Shown: positions 24,411 to 37,919 of the stretch, one piece after another
How positions within the stretch are numbered: the stretch's first letter is position 1
Layout of the letters: each line of letters opens with the position of its first letter
Assembly: GCA_001662655.1 (NCBI GenBank)
Contig: KV460214.1
Length of the DNA stretch: 64,000 nt
Strand: one strand, 5' to 3'
Origin: Pseudogymnoascus verrucosus
Taxonomy: Eukaryota
Notes under the pieces: generated by a model
The model's database searches: none
What the model saw: the letters and a program-made list of their open reading frames with translations, nothing else
What the model was told of the DNA's origin: nothing
Program-made: the position numbers and the translations under genes

Positions 24411-24811
24411 ATGAAGTAGCATAGATCTCGAGTATATTGTTAGCTAGTTCCGTGCCCGAGAGTATCTATACATACTCTGAACTATTGCCCTCACTCCGAT
24501 TGTTAAAATGGTGAATAACGGTCAAAATATAGAGACGGGATAAAAGACACATAACCCTTTATTACTAAAGTTGTTGGACATATGAATGCATCAGCTGTGA
24601 ATCTAATACGGGCCCGTTGATGGCAATGATGGTTTTATACTAAATTACTGTTGTCATGTACAGCCTCTTTCCGCCCTTCGCTTCGATTGCTATTCCGCCA
24701 CCACTACTCCAGTCCACCCACCCAATGACAAATGCGCCGTAAATACAAATACGCCTCTGAAAACAATACGCCCACAATTTCCATCGCTAATATCCATCAA
24801 GTACCCCTCAT

Positions 24812-26282
24812 CTACATGAGTCCGGTGAACACGGCTGCAACCCCACAGAGCCCAGCCGCCGTCAGCGAGACTCTCATACTCCTACCCGCGGCGCTCTCGT
24901 CACTACTCTTCCCCACGCCAGCCGTGGCAGCCACTGGGTTCGAAACAGCCGTCGCAATACCAGCTGCATCTTTCCCAGAACTCAGCTCCACGATATTGCT
25001 CTTAGTTGCATTGAATTTCGTCTGTGCCAATGAGATCTCATTGTTCCCCAAGTCATACACGACGTATGCGCTCCGGAGGAACGTGTCGCCCAAGACGGGT
25101 ACGGTGACTCCGGAGGGCGCAATGCCGAAGAGGCAAGCTGGCTCACCACCTGGGAATACCGCGGTTTGGTTGTTTGTTTCTGGGATGTCCAGGATGAGTT
25201 CGTCTAGAGGGACGGATATTATGGGGGAGGTGAATGTGAAGTCGAGAGTCTCGTTGATGGACCTCATCGAGCAGGGGACGAAGGCTGCGCCTTGTGTTGA
25301 GTCGTACTGTGCGCCGATGGCCTCGTAGACGGCGTTCGTCATGGCGTTTGGCAGGTAGGTGAGAGAGGAACCGCTGTCGAGGAGGACGGCTTGGGCTTGC
25401 TTCGCAATGAGTGTCTTGCCTCCAAATGAGAGGCTTGTCAGAGTAATAAGGAAGTCTGTGTAGCCAGCGCTTGTTTTCTGAACTGGGAGAGTCTCGAGGG
25501 TACCAGTGAAGCGCTCGGTATCGACACCACCAAATAAGATATTGCCAGAATGAGAATCGAGGTCGTTGAGCCAGAGACTGTAAGCATTTGATGGGATGGT
25601 GCCTTGGGCAGCTAGAGCTGCGGGAACGTTGTTATAAGCCTTCAGGCCAAGATTGGCAACCTGAACCTCGTTGGATACGTAGCCAAGGCCAAGAACAGCC
25701 TCAGCCGAAGTGCTCTGGTAGCCAACGCCGAACTGCAAGTCTTTTATTTCGGCATTGGCTATCATCATCATGTCCGATACATAGTCGCCTGCTGCTCCCG
25801 ATCCATCCATGTAAGTAATGTTGAAGTTGCTCTGGAGATATTTATATGTAGAAGACGAGTTTGCCGAATAGGTGCCTGATTCTTCACACTCGCCAGGAAC
25901 TGTCGAAGTGCCAGTGCATATCTTTGAACCTGCAGAATTTACCCATAGATCACTGCTCCCAGTGTCAATGTGGACCCGAAGATGTTGAGCAGGTGTCCCG
26001 AGCGTGATGTTGGCAAAATATAACGATTGCTAATATACCATTAGTCATTGTTTATTATTCACTGCGGCGAAATTTACATACCAGATTGTCTAGTGTTGCC
26101 TCCAACGTATCTCTTTTACGCATTCGAGTTCTATCCGCCTCTATCGGATCTACAGCGGGTTCCCTCTTGATAGGCAAGCCGACAGCTCTTGGCGGCCTAT
26201 CATTTTGATTGTGTAAGGCGGCAGCATCGATCAGCGGAGACAGGAATGCAGCCGTGAGCCCCAAAGCGAATGTGCACTTCAT
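24812..26282 (-). CDS. Secreted, probably GPI-anchored aspartic protease (yapsin/OpsB-like)
   Basis: Signal peptide, HIDTGSSDLW and LLDSGSSLTY catalytic motifs, LGDTFLRSAYVVYD and a hydrophobic C-terminal tail. One intron. Confidence 0.92.
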
Positions 26283-27919
26283 GATGCGGAAAGCAAATAA
26301 AGAATGACTGAAGCAACAAAGTCCAGGCTAGGAATGGAAGGCAGGCGGTATATGTATATTAGTGCTTCTGGTGGCGGGACGCTGGGTGCCAAAGGCTAGA
26401 TATGTGGGACTAGGCCTGGGCTCCCGAGCAAAGGGAATCCATTCATTGAAGTATAAACTTAGCAGATTTGCGCTAGCCGGTGCTAGAATGACTTGCGCAC
26501 TGCCAACGAGGCAGCGTGGCGGAGTTGGGTCAGATTTTAGCAAACCCGTTGAAAGGGTTTCCCAGACGGCAATGTGCCTTTGTTGATGGGCCCACGGGTC
26601 CAAGACAAAAATCCCCGGTCCCCAGAGTTTGTTTTAGGGATGCAGTTCCAATAATGGCGTGACTGGCGCTTAGTATCCGACTTTGAATGTGGTGTAGTGT
26701 TATGATAAGATGTGGCAAGGCAACAAATTCCACGAGAGCCAGAATGTTACAGACGACGGCGAAATGCTCCTTAGAACAGGGTATAAGAAGCAAAAGTGTA
26801 TATCGTATTGAAACAATTAAGAAGAAGGAGAATCATAGCACAGCTGCTTTACAGCAGTTACTGAGTTGGGAAAATAGGTATGGTGGCGACATGAGTCGGA
26901 CGTACCAAAAACTAGAACCCTTGGTTCCAGGATGTCTTAGATCGAATTAAGGAAAGAGGGAGGGAGTAATGGAAGAAACAAAAAGGAAAACTAGAACACA
27001 GATAAGATAATAATATCCGGATTCACAGAAACTAGAGGCCAGACGGTAAGCACGGTCTGTTTAGTCTCATTGTTTTCTGTGTGAAATGTGGTAGACAAGG
27101 ATTGCGGATCATGAGGTTGTAAGCTATGGCCTACGTATGTCGTCGCTGACGCGGCCACCCCCATAGTAACTTCCCCTCGGGTCCGCACATCGGATATCTG
27201 CATGGGGCTTCACTCACATTTCTCTTGTGATAGGCTCTTGATGTCTAGGGAGGACAGCGAGATACAGAGAAGAACCACCGTATCTCTGCGGCAGACAAGT
27301 TTTTGAAGTGCACAGGAATAAAAAATGTGTGGTAGAGTTGTTGAGCCTCTTACCAAGTAATTTAGCCCGCCCGCCGGGAAAATACAGCGCATACATATGG
27401 TTACATAACAATGAGCCAGGAAGCTCTGCAAGAAATTCCTTCCTACACTTAGCTCGGCCTGACATTATCAAGTGCGACTTTCCGATTTTGGGTGAGGGTT
27501 GTAATGAAACCTGACGCATTGCTGACGGAGGCATCTTTCGAAGCCAATGCCGCAAAGCACGACGTGGTAGAATATCGTCGGCCGCACTCGAGACCTTGCA
27601 CCGTGCAAATCGTCAAATGGTATATAGATAAAGTTAAACTCACAAGGTACAAGTAAAAGCTAGCTTCATCGATAAAAAGCTTTGCTTTGCTGGTGTTTCA
27701 TCGACATGTATCACGTGGTAGCGAAGCCACTTTAGCATTGATGGCACGCTAGCAGACGCGCTTCGCGTCAACCTCGAGATCCAGCCCAAGCCCAATAATT
27801 TCCGTAGCCTTGTGACACTGCTCTTGCGAAAGCTCAACCACAACCCTTAGAAAAGCATATTCTTACTACACAGTAACGACCAAGGAACTCAAGAATTGGG
27901 CCTGAAAATTTTCACAAGC

Positions 27920-29095
27920 ATGGCGCCAAAATCTGTCGAGGAGACGGGCGAATCGTCAACTGCGGCCACGAAGAAGGTGTTAAAGGCAAATGGAGCAGGG
28001 GTGACGAATTACGAACTGCCATGGTATGGGCGCAGCTTTGACCTGTACCGACATGAACTAATAGATATAGGGTTGAGAAATACCGACCAGTTTTCCTTGA
28101 CGATGTTGTTGGAAACGTCGAAACTATCGAGCGCCTCAAGATTATCGCAAAGGAGGGGAACATGCCCCACATGATCATATCCGGTATGCCTGGTATTGGA
28201 AAGACAACATCAGTACTCTGTTTAGCACGCCAATTATTGGGCGAATCCTACAAGGAAGCGGTATTAGAGCTTAACGCATCAGACGAGCGAGGTAAGAATA
28301 CACTTAAACGGGCTGCATCGGCAGCAAGCTGACACCGTTGCTCCAGGTATCGACGTCGTACGCAACCGTATCAAGGGCTTCGCCCAGAAGAAAGTGACGC
28401 TGCCCCAAGGGCGCCAAAAGCTTGTCATTCTCGACGAGGCCGACAGCATGACGTCTGGTGCCCAACAAGCCCTGCGTCGCACCATGGAGATCTACTCTTC
28501 GACCACCCGCTTCGCATTCGCGTGCAATCAGTCAAACAAGATCATCGAGCCCCTGCAGTCACGTTGTGCCATCTTGCGCTATGCAAGGCTAACGGATGCA
28601 CAAGTCGTGAAGCGCCTGCTCCAGATTATCGAGGCGGAGAAGGTGGAATACAGCGACGATGGATTGGCCGCGCTTGTATTCAGTGCAGAGGGTGACATGC
28701 GGCAGGCGATTAACAACTGCCAGTCAACCTGGGCAGGTTTTGGTTTCGTGAGCGGAGATAATGTCTTCAAGGTCGTCGACTCGCCGCACCCAATCAAAGT
28801 GCAGGCAATGCTCAAGTCATGCTACGAGGGGAAGGTAGACGCAGCGCTGGAATCGCTGAAGGAGCTGTGGGACTTGGGATACTCGAGTCATGACATTATC
28901 AGCACAATGTTCAGGGTGACGAAAACGATTCCGACGCTGAGTGAGCACTCGAAACTTGAGTTCATTAAGGAGATTGGCTTCACACATATGAAGATTTTAG
29001 AGGGCGTGCAGAGCTTGCTCCAGCTGAGCGCGTGTGTTGCAAGGCTGTCGAAGCTGAATATGGATCCGAAGCTGTTTGCGCCGAAAAAGGCATGA
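27920..29095 (+). CDS. RFC4: Replication factor C small subunit (Rfc4-type)
   Basis: [38 protein letters not shown] and LQSRC. Two introns. Confidence 0.95.
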
Positions 29096-29215
29096 AATAT
29101 AACGAACGAGAAGGCATAGCATTGGCGTTCATGGTCAAAAGGGGCCCAGGCATGGAGTAGGGTATTTGGTATAAATTAAAGTTTTGAGAGCTTCATGCTC
29201 TTTATGTTATACATG

Positions 29216-29706
29216 TCACTTTTCCGCGTTCTGTCGTGCTATTATGCGGGCCTTCTCAGCCCTAACGTCCTGCTCATATTTCTCCCAAGAGGCTTTGTCG
29301 AGTCCGATTCCCAACTTCTTCTGAACCCGAATCCTTGCCTCGTGCTCTCGGAGCCTTCGATCCGCCTCCAGCATGCCTCCCATTATCATCGCGGACATCT
29401 GTATAAACCTAGATCACATCCACCATCAGCAAATCGCCTTGAGAATCTCTCCGAACAGTCCGTCCGCGGAGAAGCTTACACCTTGAATTGAAAAGTGAGG
29501 CCGCGATATATCGGTGATATCTTATATCCTGTAGCAGCCAGTATGGCTGCCCCAATACCCCACTGCGTGTATTAGTTCCAGCACAGCATGCCATTGTATG
29601 AGACCCCACTGGATCGTACCTTGCTCGAACCGACGACAGCTCCCCGCGCAGCTTCCCAAGCGGCGCCAGTGGCCTCATCATCTCGCAAAGTGCCGTGAGT
29701 CTTCAT
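29216..29706 (-). CDS. Small membrane protein, Rcf3/HIG1-like (3 exons)
   Basis: Spliced: MKTHGTLRDDEATGAAWEAARGAVVG..SPIYRGLTFQFKVFIQMSAMIMGGMLEADRRL. Confidence 0.65.
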
Positions 29707-29977
29707 TATTAGACTATTCGAGCCTCACATCGGTGTCGCCTTTAATTTAGAGAGCATCCAAGGATATTCCCAAGTCATACGAAACAGCTGTTTCGGCGGG
29801 GTGCCCATAGCTGGTAGTATATTTCCACAGCTATGTTTGCTCTGTTTGCATCGCTCGGCGTAACAGTTTTTCCCGGATTTCTGGAATCCAGACCAATGGT
29901 GGCGGACTAGGCCAAAAATGCCTGGTGGGATGAGGCATTGAAAGTCAAACCAAATCAACTCGATTAATACACTCACA

Positions 29978-30717
29978 ATGGGCTCTGAAGCACAACGGGT
30001 TCGCGCCGCGGTCCTCGCGCGCGACACCAACGAGACGAAGATCCAGTTGGCCATCAACATCGATGGGGGTGCCTTCCCCGAGGGCATTGACGAGCGCCTC
30101 GTTGCGTCCCTGGAGGGCCATGCAAGTCAGGCTACGAAGAGCCAGACGATTAGCATAAACACCGGAATTGGATTCTTGGACCACATGTTGCATGCGCTGG
30201 CGAAGCATGCGGGGTGGAGTTTAGCAATCAGGTGTCAGGGTGATCTTCACAGTGAGTCTACAGTCGTACAAACATCGCGGAAGGAAGCTAACGGGATTTC
30301 ACAGTCGATGACCACCACAGCGCAGAAGACGTCTGCATTGCCCTTGGCTCTGCCTTTAAGGAAGCCCTCGGTGCGCCTATTGGCGTTGCCCGCTTCGGGT
30401 CCGCCTACTGCCCTCTTGACGAGGCCCTGTCCCGCGCTGTTGTCGACCTCTCGAACAGGCCCTATGCCATCATTGAGCTCGGTCTCAAGCGCGAGAAGAT
30501 CGGAGACCTGAGCTGCGAGATGATTCCTCACTGCATGGAGAGCTTCGCCCAGGCGGCGAGGGTCACCATCCATGTGGATTGTCTGCGGGGCTTCAATGAC
30601 CACCACAGAGCGGAGAGTGCGTTCAAGGCCCTGGCTGTGGCTTTACGGATGGCGACGACAAAGGTTGCAGGACGGGAAGGGGAAGTGCCGAGTACCAAGG
30701 GCACATTGAGCACTTAG
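29978..30717 (+). CDS. HIS3: Imidazoleglycerol-phosphate dehydratase
   Basis: [27 protein letters not shown] and [12 protein letters not shown]. One intron. Confidence 0.97.
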
Positions 30718-30971
30718 ACTATCTATGTAGTAGTAACAAATTAAAAGTTAACTCAAATAAATCTGCAGTCCGTACCTGAATAATCCTGAGAAATATATGC
30801 CAAGACCATTCCGCCCGATAGCGTGGCAATCCAGGGCGGAGCGGAGCGGAAACTTATCGCGCCCCGCCAATTTTCATGCAGCCCAAAATTATTTCGGTTT
30901 ATCGCCTGTCTTGGAGCTCCAAACATAAGATACCCCATTCTTCAAGCACCAATTGCAGGACAACCTTTGTA

Positions 30972-31628
30972 ATGGCGCCATCCAAGACCTCGACGGTGAA
31001 GAACAAGCACGCTTCGAAGCGCAGCGCCAACGGTTCCGGAATCTCGAACTCGAAGTACTCAACGAGGCCCCAGAATGACGGCGTGAGCAAGAAGAAGAAG
31101 GAAGCGCCGAAGACAGCAAAGGGAACAGGAAAGCCGCGATTCAAGAAGAGGCGGGTGTACACCGAGAAGGAGCTGAATATTCCGGCTCTGAATATGATTA
31201 CACCCGTGGGCGTTGAGAAGCCGAAGACGGGGAAGAAGGGAAAAGTTTTCATCGATGATAGGGTATGTCGATCCTGAGATTATTGCTACAGATGAGAGGT
31301 AGCAATTGGAATACAGGATATAGTTACTAATTCAAAATAGGAATCCATGCTTACGATTCTGGCGATGGTACATGCCGACAAGGATGGCCAAATTGAGTCG
31401 AAGATGATGAAGGCGCGCCAGATGGAGGAGATCCGCGAGGCCCGCAAGGCAGAGCAGGAGAAGAGGATAGAGATCCGAAAGGCGAAGTTGGACGAGACCA
31501 AAGATGGCATGCGCAAGAAGAGGAAGCGTGAGAAGGCGGGTGGTGACGCCATGGAGGGCGTAGAGACGAAGGAGAGGCTGGGCACGAAACCGCTGAAGGT
31601 TAAGAAGAAGAGCGTCAGCTTTGCGTAG
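30972..31628 (+). CDS. LOC1: 60S ribosomal subunit assembly/export protein Loc1-like
   Basis: Lys-rich protein with [44 protein letters not shown] and KKKSVSFA. One intron. Confidence 0.85.
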
Positions 31629-32188
31629 ACGGAAGCCGAGGCAGACGAAGCAAAGATGTAGGTTGGGATATAGCATTGTTGGGACACTGTGAAAATGGGT
31701 GGGGAGGCGTTATTGGCGGGGCTTATAGGCGTTGTCCTGGATCAGCTGAATTGCTGAAACCGATACCAAAGAATATGAAAATTGGCCTTATTATATTGGG
31801 TTCCACCTGTCATATGTTGATATCAGTGCCCAAGATCCGTCTATAGTACAAGTTCGGAGTCATGGTGTTGGTGGCCCTCTGGCGAAGATGGAACGTGATT
31901 GGCATCCAGCGCCAAAGAAAATTGGCCCTCATGATTGATTATTGAAAACTCCGTCTATATCTATCTAATGCACATCCAAGTTCCACATGCAAAGGTATAA
32001 AGCGCTCGGAGCAAAACAGTCAAATCAACTCTAACGCAGTCCATTCCACGCTATCGTTTTGGAAGTGGACCTCCTATCTATTATCCCTAAACAGTGAGTC
32101 CATGGTTACCATCCCTAAGTATAACACCCTCGTGCACAGAGTTTGAATGTAGAGCCGCCGTCCACTGTTCTTGAAGATTGAGCCTTGC

Positions 32189-33521
32189 CTATGCTCCCTG
32201 GACGTGGAGCTTTCGTCGCATAGGTGTAAATTGAGAGTGTCCATTGGCGGTCTCCACGCCGACGTTCACCTTGCGCGGGATCATCGAATTCATATCTACA
32301 TCAAGAGCCATGCTGTTCAGGAAATTGACTGCCGGTTTGGCGTGCCAGCGGTCTCCGTTGCTGAGGGTTTCAAACCAAGAAAGATGTCCCCCTAACGATG
32401 TGGTACACAGGACTGTATACGGGTTCTGCTTGAACTCTTCGTATGGGATGGCTTCGTCGATGGCGATTGGGTCATCTTGGGCGTTGATTGCAAGGAGAGG
32501 GATGCGAACTCCCAGAAGTGAGTCGACAGAGGAGGCATCTCTGTAGTAAGCCCCTTCCGTTGGGTATCCCCATGTCGGGCCTTGAACTTCTCTGTCGAAC
32601 TCGTGCAAATACGTGACGTTCCTAACACGGTCCATGTTGATATTAGTGTGCTTTTCGATTTGCTCCGCATGACGCTCTACTAGTTTCTTCATGTTGCCAG
32701 CCATCACTTTGGAGTAGACTTCTTTGCCCATCCAGGTTCGTTGCAGAGCCATACTCCCAAGTTCGAGATTCCATGGGTTTGAAATCACAACAGCTGCCTT
32801 CAATTGGCACGACTCTCCTTCTTCTCCAATGTACTACATTGCGTTAGTGAAATTCCGTGATCAGTTCGGAGGAGTATCTTACATTCGTAAGGATGTTGGC
32901 ACCGAGTGAAAACCCTATTCCGAAAAGAGGTCTATTCGGATATTTCAACCTGAGCCATTTCACCACCTGCCGCGTATCCCATGTTGCTCTCGCGTTGTAA
33001 AGGATGCTGCTCGATATCATATGCCCTGCACAACCTCTCGAGTTGATGCAGCATGCCTCCCACCCCTTGCTGTCCATCAAAGGTGCCAGCACGTGACGTA
33101 AATAGATTTCAAAGGACCCCCCTGAAAGGCCATGAAGAGCAACAATCATGGGACGACTGTCCAACGACCCAGCTTCGAGTTCTTGAAGCTCCTGTTTGTC
33201 ATAATATATGGTTCGGGGAGGTAGGCCTTCTTCTGCGCCTTCAAAAGGCGGAACAATAAAATCGACAGCAAAGTTTCCCTCGTATGCAGGGTCCTCAGCA
33301 TCGAAGATCTTCCGCTTATAATGAACGGCTGGTCCCTCTGGCTTGAGGACAGTCATGGCCGTCTGAAGGTGGCCATTGAATAGCCACGGGTTCAATCGGC
33401 ATGGCGGTGTCGATTTCTCAACTATCCGAAGCAAATCCGTTTCTTCTCCATCTTTTGTCTTAAACTGGAGAGGTTCAGGGGAGGTAACGAAGCCAACCTT
33501 GGCGTGCCCAAGCCACTCCAT
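32189..33521 (-). CDS. Alpha/beta hydrolase (Eht1/Eeb1/Mgl2-like acyltransferase-esterase)
   Basis: NGHLQT, LHGLSGGS, GFSLGANIL, DDPI and GGHLSWFE. One intron. Confidence 0.9.
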
Positions 33522-33889
33522 TTGCGGCAGTTTGCTGCTTATGCGTCTGACAGGTAGGGGTCTAGGCTGGGTATTATAGGTCTCAACGATTAGACAAAGA
33601 ATGAACTGGATAAATGAGTGATCCAAATACAAATAAATTAGAGAAGAAAGATAGAATACCACCCTAGAGATATTTTACCCGCCACTCTGGGGGGCGATCA
33701 ATCTCGGAATAGATTCTAGCCCCGTTTGTGGATCCTCAGGGGTGGCAATTGGTGTACCTCGGCACAAATAGGCGCGCTTCTCGCGCTTATGCGTGTCCAT
33801 AGCGTCCATCTTCAGCCGCGCGACCCAAAGAGGAACCTCTAAATTCGATGTGAGGCAGCAAGGCAGCATGCATTATCAACCCTGAGAAC

Positions 33890-36422
33890 ATGTCATATCA
33901 GGGCCCGCCAGGGTATGGGAACGGATACCCTCCCGTATATGGCCAGCATGGAAATTATAATGACCGGCCGCCGCAGGGCGCGTATCTTCCACACCCCGAA
34001 CAACAAACGGCACCATCACCTGGCGCATATACTCAAGGACGGATAAGCATGCAACAACTCCAGGCAATGCAGGCACAGAACGAAGCAGCATACTATCAAC
34101 AAAGTCAATATGGGCAAGCTCCTTATGTCCATAACCAGCAGCCCGTTTACTACCAACCTCCACCTCCTCCGCCTCAGCAGCCACAGTCCTACGCTCAGTA
34201 CATAGACCCACGGCAACCACAATATGCGCCTGTCCAGAGCTACCCATCTCAATATGATAGATCTTATGACGAACTTAGCCTTCCAACGCCCATGCCACAG
34301 GTTCAGGCACCACGACAACAACCACGACAACAACCGCGACCACAAGACAACGCGCGAATGGCCCATAATCCTATGCCGCCGGTGGTGAAGAAGCCCAAGC
34401 CGCCTCCTCTCCAGCCTATAGACCCGTATTCGCTATTACCTGCGCTAGCGGAGGAGTATTTTGCAGCTGCACATGATGTGGGACTTGCGACAGCTCAGCG
34501 CATGGATGCCAATGCCGTGATCAGCTACCAGAAGATGATTGCAACAGGATTAGGGTGCCTTGAAGTGGCTCTAAACAGTGGAAGGCTTGAGCCGAGGCTC
34601 GAGGCAAAGATACGTTTACGGTACGCAAGCGTATTGTTGGAGGATACGGACAACGTGATGGAGGCAGAAACCGCTCTGAGCAAAGGAATAACGCTTTGCG
34701 AGCAGGTATGTTACCCCTCGGTATCACTTTGACACGGCTAATGTGGGGTAGAACCGGTATTTTGACCTGAAGTATAACATGCAAGTACTACTGGCCAAAC
34801 TCATGTTCACCAAAAGCCCAAAGGCGGCGCTGAAAGCGTTGGATGGCTATATCAAGGATGTTGAAGCCTACCAACACCACTCCTGGATTTACGTCTTCCG
34901 TTTCTTAAAAGCTACTCTTGCTCTGCAGTCCGGTCGCAGCTCAGACGCAAACTCGGCGTTGCAAACACTTCGCAGCATATCCAGTATCGCCAACGACCGC
35001 GGCGACCACGCTATAGTGACCATTGCTTCCCTCGTGGATGCACTCGCCTCCCTTCATATGCCTTCTTCGGGGTCTATTGAAAGCATCGAGCGGGCGCTTG
35101 CGACCGTGAATATGTACCAGTTAGATCCTGAGTGCGCAATACCGCCATTACAAGCGCTTGGGCACATTGTAGATACTACTGCGAGCCTGACCAATTCTTC
35201 TTCAGACAAGACAATGCCTAAACTGAAGGCCATGCAGGATATGATAAACAATGCATTTGCGGACTCAGAAGAATGGAATAGGTCTACCGATGCGATGAAA
35301 TTACCTATAAATAGGGGTCGAGGTGATGCACATATCTCGAGTCAAGACACGTCGGGGGTCTTGAAACTGGGCCACGATGGGAGAGATATGCTACTCGTCA
35401 CTTTAATGGGCAAGTCGGACGTGTTCATCTTATGGTGAGTACCATCAGTACAAAATATTAACTCTACTTCCGCGACTAACTTTTGTAGCCATCTATTGAC
35501 GGGAATAATACGTCTTCACGTATCAGCTGTGGACGGCTCAGCTCTTAAATACCTTCGGCAAGGGTTGCAGAGGAGTCTCGACATGAAAACGATTAAGTAC
35601 TCCGGGTCATTACCAGGCGCTTTGGAGAAGATTCGCTGGCGCGGGATGATAACCTGCTACTTCTACATCTACATGGTGTTCTGCTCCATCTCCACCACAG
35701 ATTGGACGACCGCCAAAGCGAACCTGGACGCGTTCGAGGTTGCCATCAGCGATATGGGCGCTTCTGTGGGGCCGGTAATTGTGCAACTGTATATTTACTT
35801 GTCGGCCATGTATTTCCAGGGTACGGGCGACCTCGAACGGGCATTAGAGTTGTACAGGAGTGAAGAATTCACACTACCTAAGCTAGACGACATCGCACGC
35901 TCTCCAGAAGAACATGTTCGGCGAGAATTGTCTGTCCTTGCGGCAATGAACTCGCTGTGGATAATGCAGTGCGACCCGCAAGTTGATCTCGAGCAGAACG
36001 CGCGTCTGCTTGCAATGCTCGAGCCGTGGGGCGCAAACAATGCCAACAAAGAGGTAGAAGCTGTCTATAACCTTCTCCGGGCCTCGGTGGAAACCAGACC
36101 GGCGACCACACAGACACAGTCAAAAGCATACATACGAGCCGCCATGGAAGTGGCGAGGAACATGAAGAACGTGCACCTCATATGCGTCGTGCTTAATCTT
36201 ATGTGCGAGAAATACTTTGGCGGGATCGTGGGAGACCAGGCCGAAAAAAGTGCCGTAGCCGCATCGACGCAGGCGAAGAAGAGCGGGAATTTGCTGTGGA
36301 TGAGTACCGCGGAAGGCTTGCTGGCTCGCAGTTTTGAGATCCAGGGAAAGACGCGCGAGGCGCAGACGTCCATGGCTGAGGCGGTTCGGCTTGCTAATTT
36401 GGCTGTGCAATCGCCGCTTTGA
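33890..36422 (+). CDS. SCC4: Cohesin loader subunit Scc4/Mau2 (Ssl3-like)
   Basis: LAEEYF, YQKMIATGLGCL and EAKIRLRYASVLLEDTDNVMEAETALSKGI, followed by a helical-repeat body. Two introns. Confidence 0.82.
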
Positions 36423-36640
36423 TGGTATGCTGGGAACCTTGATTTAACGGCTACATATCGGAGTTTTGAGGGGCGGTGTGTATGTCCTACATGGCTGGGC
36501 TGGGTTGTATTTAAACGGAAATTTGGTCACGGGGAGGTAGGAGGCGTCCTCATAGGTATACCCAATTTACTCTTGTGACTCCTTGTCACTTACTATAATG
36601 CTATAAAGCTTTCTCACTCAGGGTCTACTACCAAGACTCA

Positions 36641-37919
36641 CTATCCCTTGACGAGGCGGACCAGCCGCTTCGGATCCGTAGGACTGACGTATCCAGCAGT
36701 CACCGTTTCCGCGGTGCCTTTAACGGCATAGCCTCCATCTGCATTCTCGATCCAGACATCCCACTTTGTAATCCCACTGTCCGCCGTAGCTTGTTTGCTA
36801 TCCGCCTCTATCGGTGTTTCGGTGGCATCGACTTCCGTAGAAGCCGCACTTGCCTGAGGTTGACGCCTGACACAGATCGTCATCTTCTCGTCCGCAAAAA
36901 GCGGCGTCAAATTCTTATAAGTGATACACTTAACCATCTGCGGGATCCCCGTCTCCAAGCCCCTCATCTGCGAACTGAGCACCTTCAGCATCAGGAGGAT
37001 GGAAAGCGGTCCATGGACGACAAGGTTCCGGAATCCCTCTACGGTGCGTGCGTACTCGCGGTCTAGATGGATGCGGTGCGCGTTGAAAGTTAATGCTGAG
37101 AAGCGGAACAGCAGGTTAGCGTCGGGGACTATGGATACACTGAAGTCGGGCTTGATTGTAGCTAAGGTAGAGTAGTCAGTGACGATATCGAGATAGCATC
37201 TAGGGTATAGAATGACTTTGCGCCTCACGTTTTATGATTCGAGTCGGCTTAGAAACGTCGTCGATCGCCTCCTCGGGTGTCTTTGCGGGCATGAAGACCA
37301 AATTCCTGCTCTCAATAATAGCCGCCTTGTCGACAGCCTCCGCCGCAGACAAGTTGAGTTTCCGATAGGCTCTTGTAGGACCTATAGCCCTCGTAATATC
37401 AACCCAGACCTTCTCATTCCCGACGCTGCCTTTAACCACGGCATCCGTTATCTGCTCGTTGCAGCGCAGCGCATCGTCTTGGCGGTGTTTGGAGGTGAGG
37501 TATCTGCGCCTAGCGTCGGTCCTGAATTCTATCGACCCCCCGGCCCACATGCGCCGTACCCACGGCTTGCCGGGGAAGTGCATGTCATCGGTGCCATCGG
37601 CGAGGAGGTTCGCCGTCGGCGGAGGGAAGAAGACGAGGTGATATCCAGCAGGTAGCTGCCAAGCACCTGTCGATGCTTTCGGAAGTGTCCGATTGACAGA
37701 ATCGGGGAGGAATTTGGCCAAGGTTATCTCGAGGAGTGCATATGGGCTTGACTTGTCATGCCTTAGTTTGTCGTAGATGGAGTTTGAAGCCCTAGATTTC
37801 AGACGCTGGCATACACCAGAGTGCCTTGCGTGCTCGCCGGAGTCGGAGATTGCATGGAGGGGTCGAATTGCGCGATGGTATGCTTTTATTACACCGGGCC
37901 TTTTGGGCCAAGACGCCAT
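36641..37919 (-). CDS. Double-hotdog hydroxyacyl-thioester dehydratase (Htd2-like)
   Basis: GYHLVFF, LLADGTD, RRMWAGG, LLFRFSALTFNAHRIHLD and VVHGPL. One intron. Confidence 0.85.

Noticed and set aside
29696..29701. Gcn4/CpcA site (TGAGTC) upstream of HIS3
   Set aside because: A single hexamer inside the neighbouring coding sequence, expected by chance.
31766..31960. Possible local duplication (CCAAAGAA..AAAATTGGCC, CCGTCTATA)
   Set aside because: Only short matching words with inconsistent spacing, too weak to call.
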